NCBI GenBank assembly: GCA_030141605.1
Contig: JAQGDQ010002511.1
Coordinates: 1 to 15,091, forward strand
Origin: Tubiluchus corallicola
Lineage: Eukaryota > Animalia > Priapulida
Reading direction: 5' to 3'
DNA length: 15,091 nucleotides
The notes beneath the pieces are model-generated. The model worked only from the letters and a program-made list of their open reading frames with translations. It searched no databases and was not told where the DNA came from. The translations under genes were made by a program, and so were the position numbers. Every line of letters starts with the position of its first letter. Positions within the stretch are counted from its first letter, which is position 1. This document shows, one piece after another, positions 9,779 through 15,091 of the stretch.

Positions 9779-10954
9779 ATGTATGATGCTATAATAATAG
9801 GAGGAGGTATTAGTGGGCTTAGTTTTGCCAATTATTGTCAAAAGGCAGGACACAAAATCTTGTTATTAGAAAAACGGAATAAACTTGGAGGATGTATAGA
9901 TACCCAAACGATAGACAACAGCTTTTGGGTAGAACTTGGGGCACATACCTGTTATAATACCTATCACCATTTTATAAAGTTATTAGAACAACAAAATTTA
10001 ACTTCTCAAATAACAAAACGTAACAAACTACCTTATAAAATATATATTCATCAGAAATTAAAATCTATATTTAGTCAAATTAACTTTTTGCAGTTACTTC
10101 TTAACTTACCCAAGATTTTTTTTACTACTAAACAAAATAAGACTATAAAGACTTATTATTCAACCATACTTGGCAAAGGCAATTATAATTGTATATTTTC
10201 TCGTCTTTTTAATGCTGTGTCTTGCCAGCAAGCTGATGAAATAGATGCTCAAGCACTTTTTAAAAAACGATATAAGAATAAGACTGTTGTTAGAAGCTAT
10301 ACTTTTCCCAGTGGTTTGCAGACTGTTATTGATAGTTTAAGCCAAAGTATAGAAATGCAGGTAGGCGTTACTGTAAAGAGTATTATTTTCGAAGCTGATA
10401 CTTATGTAGTACAAATGGCTGATAAACAGGTTTATCAATCTAAAAACTTAATACTTGCTACGCCTCCCAATGTTGCAGATAGGCTTATTAATCAAATGTA
10501 TCCAAATATAGCCAAATACTTACGGCAGATACATACTGCTAAAACAAAAGCTATTGCGGTGGTAGTAGAGAAAAAATACATTCAAGTACCTCTTATATCA
10601 GGAATAATTTCAGCAGGGAATGATTTTTTCTCAGTAGTATCGCGCGATACGGTAGAACACTCTAAGTATAGAGGTTTTACTTTTCATTTTCCTTTTGATG
10701 TTACCAATGAAAAAGCGATGTGGATAATAGCTAATACTCTCAAAATTCAGACCCAGAACATAAAATATATTTACCACAAAGAAAATACCATACCTACTCT
10801 TACGATAAAAAATAAAGAGACAATAGCCAAAATAGATGAAAAATTAGAAGACATGAATCTTTACTTAGTAGGGAACTACTTTGGCGGAATGTCTATAGAG
10901 GATTGTCTGAACCGCTGTTACAAAGAATTTCAAAAATTGAAAAAAAGTAATTGA
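9779..10954 (+). CDS. FAD-dependent oxidoreductase, protoporphyrinogen/coproporphyrinogen oxidase (HemY)-like
   Basis: Rossmann motif YDAIIIGGGISGL...LLEK...LGGCIDT, ELGAHT, FPSGLQTVIDSL and C-terminal GNYFGGMSIEDC. ATG 9779 is preferred over TTG 9743 because it sits directly before the Rossmann strand. Confidence 0.75.
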   Translation: MYDAIIIGGGISGLSFANYCQKAGHKILLLEKRNKLGGCIDTQTIDNSFWVELGAHTCYNTYHHFIKLLEQQNLTSQITKRNKLPYKIYIHQKLKSIFSQINFLQLLLNLPKIFFTTKQNKTIKTYYSTILGKGNYNCIFSRLFNAVSCQQADEIDAQALFKKRYKNKTVVRSYTFPSGLQTVIDSLSQSIEMQVGVTVKSIIFEADTYVVQMADKQVYQSKNLILATPPNVADRLINQMYPNIAKYLRQIHTAKTKAIAVVVEKKYIQVPLISGIISAGNDFFSVVSRDTVEHSKYRGFTFHFPFDVTNEKAMWIIANTLKIQTQNIKYIYHKENTIPTLTIKNKETIAKIDEKLEDMNLYLVGNYFGGMSIEDCLNRCYKEFQKLKKSN

Positions 10955-11631
10955 TGAGCAAACTTTATATTGTGCCTACACCAATAGGCAATATGGCAGA
11001 TATCACACTTAGAGCCATTGAAGTTCTAAAAACAGTAAATTTGATACTAGCTGAGGATACTAGAAAGACAAAAATACTTCTCAACCACTATGAAATTAGC
11101 ACACCATTGCAGTCTTATCATAAGTTCAACGAGCATAAAACCATTCAAGGTGCTATAGGAAGAATTAAAATGCTTGAAGGAGTAGCCCTTGTGTCTGATG
11201 CTGGGACACCTTCTATTTCTGACCCTGGCTATTTGCTGGTGAAAACTTGTATAGACAATAATATACCTGTGGAATGTTTGCCGGGTGCTACTGCCTTTGT
11301 GCCTGCTTTGGTTAACTCTGGTTTGCCTTCGGATAGATTTTTCTTTGAGGGATTTCTCCCTTATAAAAAGGGTAGGACTAAACGCTTGAAACAACTACAA
11401 GGTGAAGTACGGACAATTATCCTTTACGAATCTCCTCACCGACTAATTAAAACACTTGTTCAACTAGGAGAATATCTTGGAGAAGACAGGCAAGTAAGTG
11501 TCTCTAAAGAGCTAACAAAAATGTATGAAGAAACTATACGAAGCACCCTTGCAGAGGCAATAAAACATTATTCAGAGAAATCGGCTATAAAGGGGGAGTA
11601 TGTGATAGTGTTAGAGGGGAATAAAAGTTAA
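10954..11631 (+). CDS. rsmI: 16S rRNA (cytidine1402-2'-O)-methyltransferase
   Basis: Motifs LYIVPTPIGN, AEDTR, LVSDAGTPSISDPG, FEGFLP, YESPHR, KELTKMYEE and KGEYV. The ATG overlaps the upstream TGA (TGATG). Confidence 0.97.
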   Translation: MSKLYIVPTPIGNMADITLRAIEVLKTVNLILAEDTRKTKILLNHYEISTPLQSYHKFNEHKTIQGAIGRIKMLEGVALVSDAGTPSISDPGYLLVKTCIDNNIPVECLPGATAFVPALVNSGLPSDRFFFEGFLPYKKGRTKRLKQLQGEVRTIILYESPHRLIKTLVQLGEYLGEDRQVSVSKELTKMYEETIRSTLAEAIKHYSEKSAIKGEYVIVLEGNKS

Positions 11632-11706
11632 GAAAAGGGAAATGAAAGAAAATATGCTCTTTTATATTATCTCTTGTAATCTCCTTAGAATAAGATATTT
11701 TGTGAG

Positions 11707-11742
11707 AAAATAAAAAGGGAGCTGATATTAACCCCCTTTTTT
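11707..11742 (-). terminator. Intrinsic terminator downstream of tRNA-His
   Basis: The minus strand reads AAAAAAGGGGGTT-AATATC-AGCTCCCTTTTTATTTT: a G/C stem with G-U pairs followed by a U-tract. It lies between convergent rsmI and the tRNA. Confidence 0.7.
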
Positions 11743-11745
11743 GAG

Positions 11746-11820
11746 GGTGGAAGATGGGATTCGAACCCACGACCTTCTGAACCACAATCAGACGTTCTAA
11801 CCAGCTGAACTACAACCACC
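11746..11820 (-). tRNA. tRNA-His (GTG), with encoded G-1; CCA not encoded
   Basis: GGTGGTTG TA GTTC AGCTGGTTA GAAC G TCTGA TTGTGGT TCAGA AGGTC GTGGG TTCGAAT CCCAT CTTCCACC folds as a cloverleaf with anticodon GTG and the G-1:C73 His identity pair. Confidence 0.97.
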
Positions 11821-11834
11821 ATCTAATTTAGGTG

Positions 11835-11865
11835 CAAAAGTAATGTGTTTTTTGTTTTTTTCAAA
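11835..11865 (-). promoter_or_regulatory. Bacteroidota sigma-A promoter of tRNA-His
   Basis: TTTG-N19-TACTTTTG on the minus strand matches the -33/-7 consensus and ends 14 nt before the tRNA. Confidence 0.8.
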
Positions 11866-11933
11866 GAATAAAGTAACAATTATTGTATTTAATGATTAAA
11901 AATATTAGCTTTACAAGTTGTTTTTGGTAAGAT

Positions 11934-12569
11934 ATGGAAATACAAGAACCTTTAAAAGGTATACTAAGGCGAATAAGAGAGCATATTTTTAATAAAGGAA
12001 TAAAGAATATAGATGTAGATAGGCTTTATGCTGACCTCAATATTCCTGAAGAAAATATTGCTCCTTATGTGAAAAATTTTGATGACATCATACGGCTTAT
12101 TCTTCAACTTGAACGAGAAGAGTTTAGTAATATATTTTTAGAATATAATCTAGAAGGACTAAATGCAATAGATAGGCTATTTATAGTAGGCACAGAACTA
12201 AACAAAAGGTTCAGTATTATTAATCCATCTATGACATCTGACCTTCAACACTTTTATCCAGAAATCTACCAAGAACATACAAAGCTGAGAACTCATTTTA
12301 TTGCAGAGAGGGTAAAAATGAATATAGAAAAAGGAATAGCTCAAGGAATGTATAAAACGGATATAGATATAGAAAAAACCACCAAAAATTATATTAGTAG
12401 ATTGATGGATATACACAATCCCAAAAAGTTTCCACCTGAGAATTTGCACTTTCACACTGTATACAACCTTCTTATAGAAGGATTTATAAAAAGTATTGCC
12501 ACCACAGAAGGATGGCGTTACTACAACAGCAAGGTTCAACTGTTTGGAGCATTGGGGTTTGGCAGGTAA
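11934..12569 (+). CDS. TetR/AcrR-family-like protein with a degenerate HTH
   Basis: 211 aa, helical. The N-terminus IL..I...IFNKGIKNIDVD follows the TetR helix 1-2 pattern, and the C-terminal NIEKGIAQGMYKTDIDIE and FIKSIATTEG resemble Bacteroidota TetR ligand domains. Confidence 0.7.
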   Translation: MEIQEPLKGILRRIREHIFNKGIKNIDVDRLYADLNIPEENIAPYVKNFDDIIRLILQLEREEFSNIFLEYNLEGLNAIDRLFIVGTELNKRFSIINPSMTSDLQHFYPEIYQEHTKLRTHFIAERVKMNIEKGIAQGMYKTDIDIEKTTKNYISRLMDIHNPKKFPPENLHFHTVYNLLIEGFIKSIATTEGWRYYNSKVQLFGALGFGR

Positions 12570-12595
12570 ATGTCCTTTCTTATTTTTTTGAATCT

Positions 12596-13849
12596 ATGTC
12601 AAAAATAACTATTTATAAGGCATCAGCAGGTTCTGGGAAAACTTATAAGCTCACAGAAGCCTATCTTAAAAATATATTTTCTAACCCTCATAAATACACT
12701 AAGATATTAGCAGTAACCTTTACCAATAAGGCTACTAATGAAATGAAAAGCCGAATATTGCAAGAACTTTACAAGTTGTCGCAAGGAGAAAAAACAGACT
12801 ATCACAACACGATTCAAAAAAAATACAACTACAATGATGCTAAAATACAGCAACATGCACAGCTAATTCTTACTAACTTGCTGCATGATTTCTCAAGATT
12901 CTCAGTAACTACCATAGATACTTTCTTTCAAAAAATTATCCGTTCTTTTTCTCGTGAATTAGGCCTGTCCAACTACGATATTGAACTAAGTCAAGATAAA
13001 ATTCTGGAACAAGCTACGGACTTGCTCCTGGATGACATAGAAAACCAAAAAGAGTTGAAAAAGTGGCTACAAGCCTTCTCAGAAGAAAAGATAGAGAACA
13101 ATCAAACGTGGAATTTGAAAAAAGATATCATAGCCTTAGGGAAAGAGATATTTAAAGAAGAATACAAACTGTTTGATAAGAAAATAAAGGATAGAATAGA
13201 AATACAGCAGTATAAAAACACATTGCAAAAAATAAAACACAGTTTTGAAAACACTCTACAAAAGATAGGAAAGGAAGCTATTGCGTACATTACACAGAAA
13301 GGCTTACAGGTAGAAAACTTTTCGTATGGGAAATCGGGAGTAATGGGCTATTTTCTAAAACTATCAGAAAAAAAAGACTTCACCCCTTCTGTTCGAGCAC
13401 AAAAAGCATTAGAAGACATTAATTTGTGGTATAAAAAAACTGCCCCACAAGATATAGCTGCTGCTATAGAAACGGCTGTAAGTGAAAAACTCAACTTTCT
13501 GTTGGAGGAGAGTATAGACTACTATAACACACACGCAAAAGACTATTTCACCGCTACACAGGTACTTAAATACATATATACCTTAGGCATATTAAACGAC
13601 TTATCAGAAAAAGTTTTTGATATTTCCAAAGAAAATAACATATTCCTACTTTCTAATTCTTCTTATTTTCTCAATCAGATTATTAACGATAGCGATGCTC
13701 CTTTTATTTATGAGAAAGCAGGAAATTTCTATGACCATATATTTATTGATGAATTTCAAGATACATCGGCAATACAATGGGCAAATTTTAAGCCTCTCAT
13801 AGCGAATAGTCTTGCAGAGGGGAAAAGTGTTGAAGGTCAGATGTCATAG
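12596..13849 (+). pseudogene. AddA/RecB-like UvrD-family helicase, 3'-truncated at the inversion junction (~13823)
   Basis: Walker A ASAGSGKT, motif Ia TFTNKATNEMK, TIDTFF, a long insertion and motif II IDEFQDTS. Motif III onward is absent, and the last residues (VEGQMS*) come from the inverted copy. The true start is probably ATG 12596. The truncation may be artefactual. Confidence 0.88.
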
Positions 13850-14143
13850 ATGGATTAATAATACTGAACCTTTTGTTTAGTTCTGTGCCTACTATAAATA
13901 GCCTATCTATTGCATTTAGTCCTTCGATTTATATTCTAAAAATATATTACTAAACTCTTCTCGTTCAAGTTGAAGAATAAGCCGTATGATGTCATCAAAA
14001 TTTTTCACATAAGGAGCAATATTTTCTTCAGGAATATTGAGGTCAGCATAAAGCCTATCTACATCTATATTCTTTATTCCTTTATTAAAAATATGCTCTC
14101 TTATTCGCCTTAGTATACCTTTTAAAGGTTCTTGTATTTCCAT
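13823..14143 (-). pseudogene. Duplicated 5' half of the TetR-like gene, frameshifted and truncated
   Basis: Identical to the 11934 ORF through ...NIFLEY, then a net -1 frameshift giving KSKD* (stop ending at 13916). Homology ends at the junction. Confidence 0.9.
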
Positions 14144-14211
14144 ATCTTACCAAAAACAACTTGTAAAGCTAATATTTTTAATCATTAAATACAATAATTG
14201 TTACTTTATTC

Positions 14212-14242
14212 TTTGAAAAAAACAAAAAACACATTACTTTTG
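14212..14242 (+). promoter_or_regulatory. Duplicate of the tRNA-His promoter
   Basis: TTTG (14212-14215), N19, TACTTTTG (14235-14242). Confidence 0.75.
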
Positions 14243-14256
14243 CACCTAAATTAGAT

Positions 14257-14331
14257 GGTGGTTGTAGTTCAGCTGGTTAGAACGTCTGATTGTGGTTCAG
14301 AAGGTCGTGGGTTCGAATCCCATCTTCCACC
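14257..14331 (+). tRNA. tRNA-His (GTG), second identical copy within the inverted arm
   Basis: Same cloverleaf as 11746-11820. Confidence 0.95.
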
Positions 14332-14334
14332 CTC

Positions 14335-14370
14335 AAAAAAGGGGGTTAATATCAGCTCCCTTTTTATTTT
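14335..14370 (+). terminator. Duplicate of the tRNA-His terminator
   Basis: AAAAAAGGGGGTTAATATCAGCTCCCTTTTTATTTT. Confidence 0.65.
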
Positions 14371-14445
14371 CTCACAAAATATCTTATTCTAAGGAGATTA
14401 CAAGAGATAATATAAAAGAGCATATTTTCTTTCATTTCCCTTTTC

Positions 14446-15091
14446 TTAACTTTTATTCCCCTCTAACACTATCACATACTCCCCCTTTATAGCCGATTTC
14501 TCTGAATAATGTTTTATTGCCTCTGCAAGGGTGCTTCGTATAGTTTCTTCATACATTTTTGTTAGCTCTTTAGAGACACTTACTTGCCTGTCTTCTCCAA
14601 GATATTCTCCTAGTTGAACAAGTGTTTTAATTAGTCGGTGAGGAGATTCGTAAAGGATAATTGTCCGTACTTCACCTTGTAGTTGTTTCAAGCGTTTAGT
14701 CCTACCCTTTTTATAAGGGAGAAATCCCTCAAAGAAAAATCTATCCGAAGGCAAACCAGAGTTAACCAAAGCAGGCACAAAGGCAGTAGCACCCGGCAAA
14801 CATTCCACAGGTATATTATTGTCTATACAAGTTTTCACCAGCAAATAGCCAGGGTCAGAAATAGAAGGTGTCCCAGCATCAGACACAAGGGCTACTCCTT
14901 CAAGCATTTTAATTCTTCCTATAGCACCTTGAATGGTTTTATGCTCGTTGAACTTATGATAAGACTGCAATGGTGTGCTAATTTCATAGTGGTTGAGAAG
15001 TATTTTTGTCTTTCTAGTATCCTCAGCTAGTATCAAATTTACTGTTTTTAGAACTTCAATGGCTCTAAGTGTGATATCTGCCATATTGCCT
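14446..15091 (-). CDS. rsmI: Duplicate rsmI, 5' end cut off by the window edge
   Basis: Translation identical to the first copy from MADITLRA to VLEGNKS. Confidence 0.93.
   Translation of the reverse strand, partial: GNMADITLRAIEVLKTVNLILAEDTRKTKILLNHYEISTPLQSYHKFNEHKTIQGAIGRIKMLEGVALVSDAGTPSISDPGYLLVKTCIDNNIPVECLPGATAFVPALVNSGLPSDRFFFEGFLPYKKGRTKRLKQLQGEVRTIILYESPHRLIKTLVQLGEYLGEDRQVSVSKELTKMYEETIRSTLAEAIKHYSEKSAIKGEYVIVLEGNKS

Larger units (their letters stand above)
10986..12255 (+). repeat. Left arm (1270 bp visible) of a long inverted duplication
   Basis: Reverse complement of 13823-15091. Paired coordinates sum to 26077 outside and 26078 inside one small indel. Confidence 0.98.
13823..15091 (-). 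repeat. Right arm (1269 bp, running to the window end) of the inverted duplication
   Basis: Reverse complement of 10986-12255. The ORF translations are identical in both arms apart from one local difference at 13926-13930. Confidence 0.98.

Noticed and set aside
11642-11713. 23-aa ORF MKENMLFYIISCNLLRIRYFVRK after rsmI
   Set aside because: Expected by chance in AT-rich DNA, runs into the terminator, and has no supporting motif.
11585-11785. 66-aa ORF MVQKVVGSNPIFHP (and its copy at 14292-14492)
   Set aside because: It is a translation through the tRNA-His T-arm and terminator.
11882-11913. Possible divergent promoter ATTG-N20-TAGCTTTA for the TetR-like gene
   Set aside because: Both elements mismatch the consensus in very AT-rich sequence. 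Plausible, but too weak to call.
12512-12595. N-terminal extension of the helicase ORF
   Set aside because: It overlaps the TetR-like gene. ATG 12596 directly precedes the Walker A strand, as usual for this family.
154-13802. Short antisense or alternate-frame ORFs (154-462, 1327-1515, 2313-2537, 3712-3999, 5142-5429, 6099-6413, 6572-6826, 7487-7783, 9402-9611, 11047-11394, 12198-12539, 13102-13290, 13617-13802)
   Set aside because: All lie inside well-supported genes and have no recognisable motifs. The Cys/Trp richness of 2313-2537 simply mirrors the CA-rich codons of xseA.
12256-13822. Invertible phase-variation cassette or composite transposon
   Set aside because: The arms are housekeeping sequence, not IS elements or short invertase sites, and no recombinase is present in the window.
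11746-14331. Two tRNA-His copies as attL/attR of an integrated element
   Set aside because: The copies are inverted and complete, embedded in 1.27 kb of duplicated flank, with no integrase. att sites are short direct repeats.
1-15091. CRISPR array, tandem repeats, prophage or defence system (including the helicase as a defence gene)
   Set aside because: No repeat-spacer periodicity or phage/defence genes were seen by eye. The helicase matches the housekeeping AddA/RecB-like type.

Overview
AT-rich bacterial DNA, most likely Bacteroidota, judged from TAnnTTTG -7 promoter elements and the coaX-OMP-TPR-lptC gene order. Most of the window is housekeeping: 3' part of valS, xseA (minus strand), coaX, an outer-membrane beta-barrel, a TPR protein, lptC, purD, a polytopic membrane protein, a HemY-like flavoprotein, rsmI, tRNA-His(GTG), a TetR-like protein with a degenerate HTH, and the 5' part of an AddA/UvrD-type helicase. 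The main anomaly is a fold-back: 13823-15091 is a near-perfect reverse-complement copy of 10986-12255, separated by a 1567-bp unique spacer. It truncates the helicase and duplicates most of rsmI, all of tRNA-His and half of the TetR-like gene. This looks more like a template-switch chimera or assembly artefact than a new system, though a real tandem inversion duplication cannot be excluded without reads. I found no CRISPR array, integrase, transposase or defence system, and no well-supported novel system.
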